DNA from: a virus | Taxonomy: Duplodnaviria; Heunggongvirae; Uroviricota; Caudoviricetes | Direction: 5' to 3' (one strand) | IMG/VR virus record: IMGVR_UViG_2695420540_000003 | Length of the DNA: 13,536 nt | Shown: piece by piece, positions 1 to 7,892 of the stretch | Layout: every line of letters begins with the position of its first letter | Position numbering within the stretch: the first letter of the stretch is position 1 | Translations under genes and position numbers: made by a program | The notes under the pieces: generated by a model | Seen by the model: the letters and a program-made list of their open reading frames with translations, nothing else | Databases searched by the model: none | What the model was told of the DNA's origin: nothing

Positions 1-1
1 G

Positions 2-109
2 GCGAATTACCGTCTTATATCACTGGCGCTGACATCTCCGGATGACGGGGGCAGCTGTTATCTCTGGCTCAACCGTGGGCAACCACCCGCAGTTAACCGG
101 CGACGATAA
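2..109 (+). CDS. 3' end of head-tail joining protein FII-like gene (partial, start lies upstream of window)
   Basis: Frame beginning at nt 2 reads ...SPDDGGSCYLWLNRGQPPAVNRRR then TAA at 107-109. This resembles the lambda gpFII C-terminus as I recall it, and it sits immediately upstream of Z as in lambda. Confidence 0.6.
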   Translation, partial: ANYRLISLALTSPDDGGSCYLWLNRGQPPAVNRRR

Positions 110-123
110 ACGCAGGGTGAATT

Positions 124-699
124 ATGGCGATAAAAGGGCTTGATCAGGCGATTGACAATCTGAGCCGGGTTCGTAAAAACGCCATTCCGGCTGCTTCTGC
201 AATGACCATTAACCGCGTGGCCACAACGGCGATTAATCAGTCTTCGTCACAGGTTGCCCGGGAAACCAGGGTGAGACGGAAACTGGTAAAGGAACGGTCC
301 AGACTGAAACGGGCGACGGTCAGAAATCCGAATGCCAGAATTATCGTTAACCGCGGTGATCTCCCTGTGATTAAGCTGGGGATCAGAATGCTGGGGCGTC
401 GTCCGAACAGCATACTCAAAGCCGGTCAGCATCGTTATCAGCGGGCATTTATCCAGCGATTAAATAATGGGCGCTGGCATGTTATGCAACGTCTTCCCCA
501 GGCCAGATATGAGGAGGGCAATGACGACAAGGGAAGGAAAAAGCGTAATCGCCTTCCCATTCAGGTGGTGAAAATCCCGATGGCGGCCCCACTGAAACAG
601 GCATTTGATGAGAATGTTGACCGTATCCGGCGTGAACGCCTGCCTAAAGAACTGGCATACGCGCTGAAACAACAACTGAGGATTGCGATAAAACGATGA
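124..699 (+). CDS. Z: tail completion protein Z
   Basis: 191-aa ORF (lambda gpZ is ~192 aa). MAIKGL... N-terminus and ...KIPMA.PL...RIRRERLPKEL... C-terminus match my recollection of lambda gpZ. Its stop overlaps the U start (ATGA at 696-699). Confidence 0.9.
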   Translation: MAIKGLDQAIDNLSRVRKNAIPAASAMTINRVATTAINQSSSQVARETRVRRKLVKERSRLKRATVRNPNARIIVNRGDLPVIKLGIRMLGRRPNSILKAGQHRYQRAFIQRLNNGRWHVMQRLPQARYEEGNDDKGRKKRNRLPIQVVKIPMAAPLKQAFDENVDRIRRERLPKELAYALKQQLRIAIKR

Positions 700-1091
700 A
701 ACACACTGACATTCGTGCCGCAGTGCTGGATGCACTCGAGCAGCATGAACACGGGGCGACGCTGTTTGATGGTCGCCCCGTTGTTTTTGACGAAGAGGAT
801 TTTCCTGCGATCGCGGTTTATCTGACGGATGCAGAGTATACCGGTGAAGAGCTGGATGCAGATACCTGGCGGGCCACACTGCATATTGAGGTGTTTTTAC
901 CGGCACAGGTACCTGATTCGGAGCTCGATCAGTGGATGGAAAGCCGGATTTATCCGGCGATGACTGCGATCCCTGCACTGGCAGGACTGATTACCACGAT
1001 GGTTACGCAGGGCTATGAGTATCGTCGTGATGACGATATGGCGTTATGGAGCTCTGCGGATCTGACTTATTCCATTACATACGAGATGTGA
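696..1091 (+). CDS. U: tail tube terminator protein U
   Basis: 131-aa ORF, the same length as lambda gp[15 protein letters not shown]...[24 protein letters not shown]...DLTY.ITYEM is near-identical to lambda gpU as recalled. Translationally coupled to Z. Confidence 0.9.
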   Translation: MKHTDIRAAVLDALEQHEHGATLFDGRPVVFDEEDFPAIAVYLTDAEYTGEELDADTWRATLHIEVFLPAQVPDSELDQWMESRIYPAMTAIPALAGLITTMVTQGYEYRRDDDMALWSSADLTYSITYEM

Positions 1092-1098
1092 GGACGAT

Positions 1099-1851
1099 AT
1101 GGCAACACCAAATCCCCTGGAGCCGGTAAAAGGTGCCGGTACCACTCTGTGGGTTTACAACGGCAAGGCTGATGCTTATGCAAACCCGTTGTCAGACGAT
1201 GACTGGCAGCGACTGGCTAAGGTGAAGGATCTGACGCCGGGCGAGATGACGGCTGAATCCTATGATGATAACTACCTGGATGATGAAGACGCGGACTGGA
1301 GCGCGACCGGGCAGGGGCAGAAATCTGCAGGTGATACCAGTTTTACGCTGGCCTGGAAACCGGGAGAGGAAGGCCAGAAAGGGCTTATAGGCTGGTTTGA
1401 AAGCGGCGATGTCCGGGCCTATAAAATCCGTTTTCCGAATGGCACGGTGGATGTGTTTCGTGGCTGGGTCAGCAGTATCGGTAAGGCCGTGACGGCGAAA
1501 GAAGTGATCACCCGCACGGTGAAAGTCACTAACGTGGGTAAACCTTCTGTAGCGGAAGAACGCAGCAAAATTACGCCGGTCAGTGCGATTAAGGTGACGC
1601 CGACATCCGGTACGGTGGCAAAAGGGAAAACAACCACCCTGACGGTTTCTTTTGAGCCGGAAAGTGCAACCGACAAGACGTTCAGAGCGGTTTCCGCCGA
1701 TCCGTCGAAAGCCACCATTAGTGTGAAAGATATGACAATTACGGTAAACGGCGTGGCGACAGGTAAGGTGCAGATCCCTGTGGTGAGCGGAAATGGTCAG
1801 TTCGCCGCAGTGGCTGAAGTCACCGTTACTGAAGCGGGCGCTGCAGGGTAA
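1099..1851 (+). CDS. V: major tail tube protein V, with C-terminal Ig-like domain
   Basis: 250-aa ORF (lambda gpV is 246 aa). Long runs are identical to recalled lambda gpV ([67 protein letters not shown]). The C-terminal ~90 aa have the Ig-like pattern. A GGAGG-type SD precedes the next gene. Confidence 0.92.
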   Translation: MATPNPLEPVKGAGTTLWVYNGKADAYANPLSDDDWQRLAKVKDLTPGEMTAESYDDNYLDDEDADWSATGQGQKSAGDTSFTLAWKPGEEGQKGLIGWFESGDVRAYKIRFPNGTVDVFRGWVSSIGKAVTAKEVITRTVKVTNVGKPSVAEERSKITPVSAIKVTPTSGTVAKGKTTTLTVSFEPESATDKTFRAVSADPSKATISVKDMTITVNGVATGKVQIPVVSGNGQFAAVAEVTVTEAGAAG

Positions 1852-1864
1852 ACGGAGGTAATAC

Positions 1865-2296
1865 ATGTTTCTGAAAACAGAACAATTTGAATATAACGGT
1901 GTGTCTGTCACGCTTTCCGAATTGTCTGCGCTGCAGCGTATCGAGCATCTTGCCCTCCTGAAACGGCGTGCAGAACAGGCAGAATCCAGCGGCAACCTGC
2001 AGGTAAGCGTGGAAGATCTCGTCAGAACCGGCGCGTTTCTGGTGGCGATGTCCCTGTGGCATAACCATCCACAGAAAACGCAGTCACCGTCAATGAATGA
2101 GGCCGTGATGAAGATAGAGCAGGAAGTGCTCACCACCTGGCCTGCCGATGCCATTGCCCGGGCGGAAGACGTGGTGTTGTGCCTGTCCGGGATGATCGAA
2201 GCTGTTCGTCCGGATACTGATATTACTGAAGTGGCGAAAAATAACACGCTGACTGATGATGATTTTTCTGCGGGAAAGTCTTCGACGGCGAGCTGA
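1865..2296 (+). CDS. G: tail assembly chaperone G
   Basis: 143-aa ORF beginning MFLKTE.FE.NGV.VTLSELSALQRIEHLAL..., matching lambda gpG. SD 'ggagg' lies 7-11 nt upstream. It ends ...SAGKSSTAS just after the slippery heptamer. Confidence 0.9.
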   Translation: MFLKTEQFEYNGVSVTLSELSALQRIEHLALLKRRAEQAESSGNLQVSVEDLVRTGAFLVAMSLWHNHPQKTQSPSMNEAVMKIEQEVLTTWPADAIARAEDVVLCLSGMIEAVRPDTDITEVAKNNTLTDDDFSAGKSSTAS

Positions 2297-2736
2297 ACTT
2301 TGCCCTCAGACTGGCGCGTGAGATGGGGAGACCCGACTGGCGCGCCATGCTTGCCGGGATGACATCCACCGAATATGCCGACTGGCGCCGTTTTTACCGC
2401 ACGCATTATTTTCAGGATACCCAGCTGGATATGCATTTTTCCGGGCTGACGTACGCTGTACTCAGCCTGTTTTTTTGCGATCCGGATATGCATCCCTCTG
2501 ATTTCAGTCTGCTTGTCCCCCGGCATGAGGAAGAGCAGGTGGAGAGGCCGGATGAGGACAAAATGCTGATGCAGAAAGCGGCAGGACTTGCCGGAGGCGT
2601 CCGGTTCGGTGGGGACGGAGGGCGCGATATTTTATCGTCTGCGGATGTGGCGGATGTCATGGTGGATGATGCCGCATTAATGATGGCTTCAGCGGGGATT
2701 CCGGGAGGTGTGAGATATGTCCCAGCCGGTTGGTGA
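1865..2736 (+). CDS. tail assembly chaperone G-T fusion, made by programmed -1 ribosomal frameshift at 2272-2278
   Basis: Heptamer G GGA AAG at 2272-2278 lies in the G zero frame as X XXY YYZ. The -1 frame is open from the slip site through the ORF-track T frame (2323..2736), which ends 20 nt inside H. The arrangement is identical to lambda G/G-T. Confidence 0.8.
2272..2278 (+). promoter_or_regulatory. -1 programmed frameshift slippery site (G GGA AAG)
   Basis: Exact canonical slippery heptamer, correctly phased in G and 6 codons before the G stop. The downstream -1 frame is open. Confidence 0.8.
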
Positions 2737-5290
2737 TCTTGTTATTGACCTGAGTCTGGATGCTGTCCGTTTCGATGAGCAGATGAGCCGGGTAAGGCGT
2801 CATTTTTCAGGTCTGGATACCGACGCCAGAAAAACCGCCAGTGCTGTTGAACAGGGCCTGAGCCGCCAGGCGCTGGCTGCACAAAAAGCCGGGATTTCCG
2901 TCGGGCAGTATAAAGCGGCCATGCGAACCCTGCCCGCACAGTTTACGGATATCGCCACGCAGCTTGCCGGTGGTCAGAATCCCTGGCTGATCCTGCTGCA
3001 ACAGGGCGGTCAGGTGAAGGACTCCTTCGGCGGGATGATCCCCATGTTCAGGGGGCTTGCCGATGCGATCACCCTGCCGATGGTCGGGGTCACCTCGCTG
3101 GCGGTGGCGACAGGTGCACTGGTGTACGCCTGGTACCAGGGAGATTCCACGCTTTCAGCGTTTAATAAAACCCTGGTTCTTTCCGGTAATCAGTCCGGAC
3201 TGACTGCCGATCGTATGCTGACTCTCTCAAGAGCCGGGCAGGCAGCAGGGCTGACGTTTAACCAGGCGAGAGAGTCACTGGCAGCCCTGGTGAATGCCGG
3301 TGTGCGTGGTGGTGAACAGTTTGATGCCATCAACCAGAGTGTCGCGCGTTTTGCGTCTGCATCCGGTGTGGAGGTGGATAAAGTCGCTGAAGCCTTCGGG
3401 AAGCTGACCACTGACCCGACGTCGGGACTGATGGCGATGGCGCGCCAGTTCCGTAACGTGACGGCAGAGCAGATTGCGTATGTTGCACAGCTGCAGCGTT
3501 CCGGAGACGAGGCCGGGGCATTGCAGGCGGCGAACGATATCGCCACGAAAGGCTTTGATGAGCAGACCCGTCGCCTGAAAGAAAACATGGGAACACTGGA
3601 GACCTGGGCGGATAAAACAGGGAAGGCATTCAAATCGATGTGGGATGCCATTCTGGATATCGGTCGTCCGGAATCCTCAGCGGATATGCTCGCCAGTGCG
3701 CAGAAGGCATTTGATGAGGCGGATAAAAAATGGCAGTGGTACCAGAGTCGGAGCCAGCGCCGCGGTAAAACCTCCTCTTTCCGGGCCAACCTTCAGGGCG
3801 CATGGGATGACCGGGAAAATGCCCGTCTGGGTCTGGCAGCGGCAACGCTGCAGTCGGATATGGAAAAAGCCGGTGAACTGGCGGCAAGGGACAGGGCTGA
3901 GCGTGAGTCGTCACAGCTGAAGTATACCGGAGAGGCGCAGAAGGCGTATGAGCGCCTGCTGACGCCACTGGAGAAATATACCGCCCGGCAGGAAGAGCTG
4001 AATAAGGCCCTGAAAGACGGGAAAATCCTGCAGGCGGATTACAACACGCTGATGGCGTCGGCAAAAAAGGATTATGAGTCGACGCAGAAAAAGCCGTCCG
4101 GTGTGAAGGTGTCTGCCGGTGAGCGCCAGGAAGACCAGGCGCATGCAGCCCTGCTGGCGCTTGAAACTGAGCTCAGGACGCTGGAGAAGCACAGCGGTGC
4201 GAATGAAAAAATCAGCCAGCAGCGCCGTGATTTATGGAAAGCGGAAAATCAGTATGTGGTCCTGAAAGAGGCCGCCACGAAACGGCAGTTATCTGAGCAG
4301 GAAAAATCCCTGCTGGCCCATGAGAAAGAAACGCTGGAGTACAAACGCCAGCTGGCTGAGCTGGGCGACAAGATTGAACACCAGAAACGGCTGAATGAGC
4401 TGGCACAGCAGGCGGCGCGGTTTGAACAGCAGCAGAGCGCGAAGCAGGCGGCAATCAGCGCAAAAGCCCGCGGACTCACCGACCGTCAGGCGCAGCGGGA
4501 GTCGGAAGAGCAGCGCCTTCGTGAGGTGTACGGTGATAATCCGGCTGCGCTGGCGAAGGCCACATCTGCACTGAAGAACACCTGGTCTGCGGAGGAGCAG
4601 CTTCGTGGAAGCTGGATGGCCGGGATGAAGTCCGGCTGGGGCGAGTGGGCGGAAAGTGCGACGGACAGTTTTTCGCAGGTTAAAAACGCGGCCACGCAGA
4701 CCTTTGACGGTATTGCACAGAATATGGCAGCGATGCTGATCGGCAGCGAACAGAACTGGCGTGGTTTCACCCGTTCTGTGCTGTCCATGCTGACAGAGAT
4801 TTTTCTGAAGCAGGCGATGGTGGGGATAGTCGGGAGTATCGGCAGCGCCATTGGCGGTGCTTTCGGTGGTGGTGCGTCTGCCTCCACGGGGACGGCCATT
4901 CAGGCTGCGGCGGCGAACTTCCATTTCGCGACCGGGGGATTTACGGGGACGGGGGGTAAATATGAACCTGCGGGGATTGTTCATCGCGGGGAGTTTGTCT
5001 TCACGAAGGAGGCGACCAGCCGGATTGGTGTCGGCAATCTGTACCGCCTGATGCGGGGCTATGCGGAAGGTGGTTATGTCGGCGGTGCCGGAAGTCCGGC
5101 GCAGATGCGGCGGGCGGAAGGCATTAATTTTAATCAGAACAATCACGTGGTGATTCAGAACGACGGCCCCAACGGGCGGGCAGGGCCGCAGCTGATGAAA
5201 GCGGTGTATGAGATGGCCCGCAAGGGGGCACAGGATGAACTCCGGCTGCAGTTGCGTGATGGCGGTATGTTATCAGGGAGCGGTGGATGA
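2717..5290 (+). CDS. H: tail tape measure protein H
   Basis: 857-aa ORF (lambda gpH is 853 aa). N-terminus, central coiled-coil-like region and the Gly-rich C-terminus (GGAFGGGASAS..., FHFATGGFTGTGGKYEPAGIVHRGEFVFTKEATSRIGVGNLYRLMRGYA) match recalled lambda gpH. 'ggagg' SD upstream; the stop overlaps the M start (ATGA at 5287-5290). Confidence 0.93.
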   Translation: MSQPVGDLVIDLSLDAVRFDEQMSRVRRHFSGLDTDARKTASAVEQGLSRQALAAQKAGISVGQYKAAMRTLPAQFTDIATQLAGGQNPWLILLQQGGQVKDSFGGMIPMFRGLADAITLPMVGVTSLAVATGALVYAWYQGDSTLSAFNKTLVLSGNQSGLTADRMLTLSRAGQAAGLTFNQARESLAALVNAGVRGGEQFDAINQSVARFASASGVEVDKVAEAFGKLTTDPTSGLMAMARQFRNVTAEQIAYVAQLQRSGDEAGALQAANDIATKGFDEQTRRLKENMGTLETWADKTGKAFKSMWDAILDIGRPESSADMLASAQKAFDEADKKWQWYQSRSQRRGKTSSFRANLQGAWDDRENARLGLAAATLQSDMEKAGELAARDRAERESSQLKYTGEAQKAYERLLTPLEKYTARQEELNKALKDGKILQADYNTLMASAKKDYESTQKKPSGVKVSAGERQEDQAHAALLALETELRTLEKHSGANEKISQQRRDLWKAENQYVVLKEAATKRQLSEQEKSLLAHEKETLEYKRQLAELGDKIEHQKRLNELAQQAARFEQQQSAKQAAISAKARGLTDRQAQRESEEQRLREVYGDNPAALAKATSALKNTWSAEEQLRGSWMAGMKSGWGEWAESATDSFSQVKNAATQTFDGIAQNMAAMLIGSEQNWRGFTRSVLSMLTEIFLKQAMVGIVGSIGSAIGGAFGGGASASTGTAIQAAAANFHFATGGFTGTGGKYEPAGIVHRGEFVFTKEATSRIGVGNLYRLMRGYAEGGYVGGAGSPAQMRRAEGINFNQNNHVVIQNDGPNGRAGPQLMKAVYEMARKGAQDELRLQLRDGGMLSGSGG

Positions 5291-5616
5291 AAACCTTTCG
5301 CTGGAAAGTGAAGCCGGATATGGAGGTGAACTCGCAGCCATCGGTGCGTGAAGTGCGTTTTGGTGACGGGTACTCACAGCGTATGGCGGCAGGGCTGAAT
5401 GCTGACCTGAAAACATACAGGGTGACGCTTTCCGTGACCCGGGAGGAGGCCCGGCATCTGGAAGCGTTCCTGGCAGAGCACGGTGGCTGGAAGGCATTTT
5501 TGTGGAAGCCACCCTATGCATACCGGCAGATAAAGGTGACCTGTGCCGGGTGGTCTGCGCGGGTCGGGATGTTGCGCGTTGAGTTCAGCGCGGAGTTTAA
5601 GCAGGTGGTGAACTGA
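5287..5616 (+). CDS. M: tail tip protein M
   Basis: 109-aa ORF, the same length as lambda gpM, in the conserved position between H and L. Start overlaps the H stop, and its stop overlaps the L start (TGATG at 5614-5618). Confidence 0.88.
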   Translation: MKTFRWKVKPDMEVNSQPSVREVRFGDGYSQRMAAGLNADLKTYRVTLSVTREEARHLEAFLAEHGGWKAFLWKPPYAYRQIKVTCAGWSARVGMLRVEFSAEFKQVVN

Positions 5617-6314
5617 TGCAGGATATTCGCGAAGAAAGTCTGAACGAGTCGGTTAAGTCAGAGCAGTCACCGCGGGTGGTACTCTGGGAAATCGACCTGA
5701 CGGTACAGGGTGGTGAGCGGTATTTTTTCTGTAATGAGCTGAATGAAAAAGGGGAGCCGGTCACCTGGCAGGGGCGTAAGTATGAGGCATACCCGATTGA
5801 CGGCAGCGGCTTTGAGATGAACGGCCGGGGCAGCAGTGCCAGACCGTCGCTGACGGTGTCCAATCTGTTCGGTCTGGTCACCGGGATGGCGGAAGACCTG
5901 CAGAGTCTGGTGGGGGCCACGGTGGTCCGCCGCCGGGTGTATGCCCGTTTTCTGGATGCGGTGAATTTCGTTGCGGGCAATCCGGAGGCGGACCCGGAGC
6001 AGGAGCTGAGTGACCGCTGGGTGGTGGAGCAGATGTCGCAGCTGACAGCCATGACGGCCTCGTTTGTGCTGGCTACACCGACCGAGACGGACGGGGCGCT
6101 GTTTCCCGGTCGCATCATGCTGGCGAACACCTGTATGTGGGATTACCGGGGAGATGAATGCGGGTATAACGGTCCTGCGGTGGCGGATGAGTTCGACAAC
6201 CCCACCACGGATATCCGTAAGGACAGATGCAGCAAGTGCATGCGCGGGTGTGAACTGCGCAGGAATGTCGGCAATTTTGGCGGTTTCCTTTCCATTAATA
6301 AACTTTCGCAGTAA
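5616..6314 (+). CDS. L: tail tip protein L, with C-terminal Cys cluster
   Basis: 232-aa ORF, the same length as lambda gpL, in the conserved position. The C-terminal region carries clustered cysteines (..NTCMWDYRGDECGYNG..DRCSKCMRGCE..). Confidence 0.88.
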   Translation: MQDIREESLNESVKSEQSPRVVLWEIDLTVQGGERYFFCNELNEKGEPVTWQGRKYEAYPIDGSGFEMNGRGSSARPSLTVSNLFGLVTGMAEDLQSLVGATVVRRRVYARFLDAVNFVAGNPEADPEQELSDRWVVEQMSQLTAMTASFVLATPTETDGALFPGRIMLANTCMWDYRGDECGYNGPAVADEFDNPTTDIRKDRCSKCMRGCELRRNVGNFGGFLSINKLSQ

Positions 6315-6324
6315 ATCCCGGTTT

Positions 6325-7068
6325 ATGACACAGACTGAATCAGCGATTCTGGCACATGCCCGGCGGTGTGCGCCTGCGGAGTCGTGCGGCTTCGTGATAA
6401 GCACGCCGGAGGGGGAGCGGTATATCCCTTGTGTGAATATTTCCGCAGAGCCGGAGGCGTATTTTCGTATCGCACCGGAAGACTGGCTGCGGGCAGAGAT
6501 GCAGGGGGAGATTGTGGCACTGGTCCACAGTCATCCCGGTGGGCTGCCCTGGCTGAGCGAGGCTGACCGGCGGTTGCAGATAAAAAGCGCACTGCCCTGG
6601 TGGTTGGTCTGCCGGGGTGACATTCACAAATTCCGCTGTGTGCCACATCTGACAGGACGGCGCTTTGAGCACGGGGTGACGGACTGTTACACGCTGTTCC
6701 GGGATGCTTATCATCTGGCGGGGACTGAAATGCCGGATTTTCATCGCGAGGATGACTGGTGGCGCAACGGTCAGAACCTTTACCTGGACAATATGGCGGT
6801 CACCGGCTTTTACCGGGTGCCCCTGTCCTCTGCACAGGCGGGCGATATTCTGCTGTGCTGCTTTGGTGCTTCGGTACCGAACCATGCCGCCATTTACTGC
6901 GGCAACGGTGAGCTGCTTCACCATCTGCCTGAACAACTGAGTAAACGGGAGAGGTATTCCGAAAAATGGCAACGACGAACGCATTCAGTCTGGCGTCACC
7001 GCCACTGGCACGCATCTGCCTTCACGGGGATTTACAACGATTTGGCCGCCGCCTCAGCCTGTATGTGA
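6325..7068 (+). CDS. K: tail tip assembly protein K (MPN/JAMM-like plus NlpC/P60-like domains)
   Basis: Frame is open from 6064 but overlaps L until 6314. The first ATG after the L stop is 6325 (MTQTESAILAHARRCAPAESCGF...), matching the lambda K region. JAMM-like motif HSHPGGLPWLSEAD at 6526-6567; NlpC/P60-like Cys in VTDCYTLF at 6685-6687. An alternative internal start at 6499 is possible. Its 3' end overlaps I by 103 nt. Confidence 0.85.
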   Translation: MTQTESAILAHARRCAPAESCGFVISTPEGERYIPCVNISAEPEAYFRIAPEDWLRAEMQGEIVALVHSHPGGLPWLSEADRRLQIKSALPWWLVCRGDIHKFRCVPHLTGRRFEHGVTDCYTLFRDAYHLAGTEMPDFHREDDWWRNGQNLYLDNMAVTGFYRVPLSSAQAGDILLCCFGASVPNHAAIYCGNGELLHHLPEQLSKRERYSEKWQRRTHSVWRHRHWHASAFTGIYNDLAAASACM

Positions 7069-7646
7069 ACACGGCAGCGGAAGCCATTCGCGCCCTGTCG
7101 ATGCAGATGCCGGGCTTTCGCCGTCAGATGAACGAAGGCTGGTACCAGATACGTATTGCCGGTTATGACACGGCACCGGAGGCGGTGTACGCCCGTCTTC
7201 ACGAACAGCTGGGTGAGGGAACGGTCATCCACATTGTGCCGCGACTGGCCGGGGCCGGAAAGGGTGGACTGCAGATTGTGCTGGGGGCGGCAGCCATCGT
7301 GGGCTCTTTCTTCACTGCCGGGGCATCAATGGCGTTATGGGGTTCAGCCCTGGCAGCCGGTGGTTTTTCTGCCACCACGATGCTGTTTTCACTTGGAGCC
7401 AGCATGATTCTGGGCGGTGTGGCCCAGATGCTGGCCCCGAAGGCAAAAACACCGGATTACCGCGCAACGGATAACGGCAGACAGAACACGTACTTTTCCT
7501 CACTGGATAACATGATTGCCCAGGGGAACCCGATGCCGGTGCCTTACGGGGAAATGCTGGTTGGCTCCCGCCGTATATCCCAGGACATCAGCACCCGTGA
7601 TGAAGGCGGGGGCGGAAAGGTCGTGGTTATCGGGCGGCAGGGGTAA
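6966..7646 (+). CDS. I: tail tip assembly protein I
   Basis: 226-aa ORF (lambda gpI is ~223 aa). ...SPPLARICLHGDLQRFGRRLSLYVNTAAEAIRAL... and the Gly/Ala-rich hydrophobic middle and ...NTYFSSLDNM.AQGN..PV.YGEM.VGSR... C-terminus match recalled lambda gpI. It begins inside K in another frame, as in lambda. Confidence 0.9.
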   Translation: MATTNAFSLASPPLARICLHGDLQRFGRRLSLYVNTAAEAIRALSMQMPGFRRQMNEGWYQIRIAGYDTAPEAVYARLHEQLGEGTVIHIVPRLAGAGKGGLQIVLGAAAIVGSFFTAGASMALWGSALAAGGFSATTMLFSLGASMILGGVAQMLAPKAKTPDYRATDNGRQNTYFSSLDNMIAQGNPMPVPYGEMLVGSRRISQDISTRDEGGGGKVVVIGRQG

Positions 7647-7650
7647 AAAG

Positions 7651-7691
7651 AATAAAAAAATCCCGCAGTGATCGCGGACAGGAACTGCGGG
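7651..7691 (-). terminator. putative rho-independent terminator, active on the minus strand
   Basis: Inverted repeat CCCGCAGT (7662-7669) / ACTGCGGG (7684-7691) with a 14-nt loop. On the minus strand the stem is followed directly by TTTTTTTATT (complement of 7651-7660). On the + strand it is not followed by a T-run. Confidence 0.5.
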
Positions 7692-7750
7692 AGAGTTACG
7701 AAGATTAAGTGTAAGGAATTATTCTTATATCACGACAAAAAAATTAACGC
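7653..7750 (-). ncRNA. candidate ~95-nt small RNA (moron) between I and J; hypothetical
   Basis: Region bounded by the minus-strand promoter and minus-strand terminator. It is AU-rich, has no ORF longer than a few codons, and ends in a stem-loop plus U-run (typical sRNA architecture). No expression data or homology search are available. Confidence 0.3.
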
Positions 7751-7756
7751 AGAGAA

Positions 7757-7784
7757 ATTATACGCGCCACAGTCAGTTTGTGAA
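7757..7784 (-). promoter_or_regulatory. putative sigma70 promoter on the minus strand (-35 TTCACA, 16-nt spacer, -10 TATAAT)
   Basis: Minus-strand sequence reads TTCACA-aactgactgtggcgcg-TATAAT (complement of 7784-7757). The -10 is a perfect consensus and the -35 matches 5 of 6. Predicted TSS is near 7750, reading leftward toward the terminator at 7651-7691. Confidence 0.45.
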
Positions 7785-7850
7785 AATGTGAAGATATTCA
7801 GAATTTTTATGCCATTACCGGTTTTAACCAACAGGATTATCGGTGGGCAT

Positions 7851-7892
7851 GAAAGAAAACCCCGGTATCTGCTGATACCGGGGTTTCTCTTT
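7851..7892. terminator. putative bidirectional intrinsic terminator hairpin upstream of J
   Basis: Perfect 9-bp GC-rich stem CCCCGGTAT (7860-7868) / ATACCGGGG (7875-7883) with a 6-nt loop. It is flanked by gaaagaaaa on the left and tttctcttt on the right, so either strand has a stem followed by a U-rich tract. Confidence 0.5.

Noticed and set aside
1192-2526. 444-aa minus-strand ORF
   Set aside because: It lies antisense to the conserved V, G and T genes. It has a low-complexity, Arg/Cys/His-rich composition typical of antisense frames of GC-rich genes, with no SD or recognisable motif.
4289-5146. 285-aa minus-strand ORF (also 3190-3789, 3630-4064, 4486-4899 minus, and 3645-3920, 4851-5051 plus)
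   Set aside because: All are embedded in, or antisense to, the well-supported tape measure gene H. Composition is Arg/Pro-rich, typical of spurious frames.
6064-6324. 5' extension of the K reading frame (ORF-track start at 6064)
   Set aside because: This stretch lies entirely inside L in another frame. The homologous K sequence starts at the ATG at 6325, just after the L stop.
5667-6404. 245-aa minus-strand ORF and the 6340-6984 minus ORF
   Set aside because: They are antisense to L and K, with no independent support.
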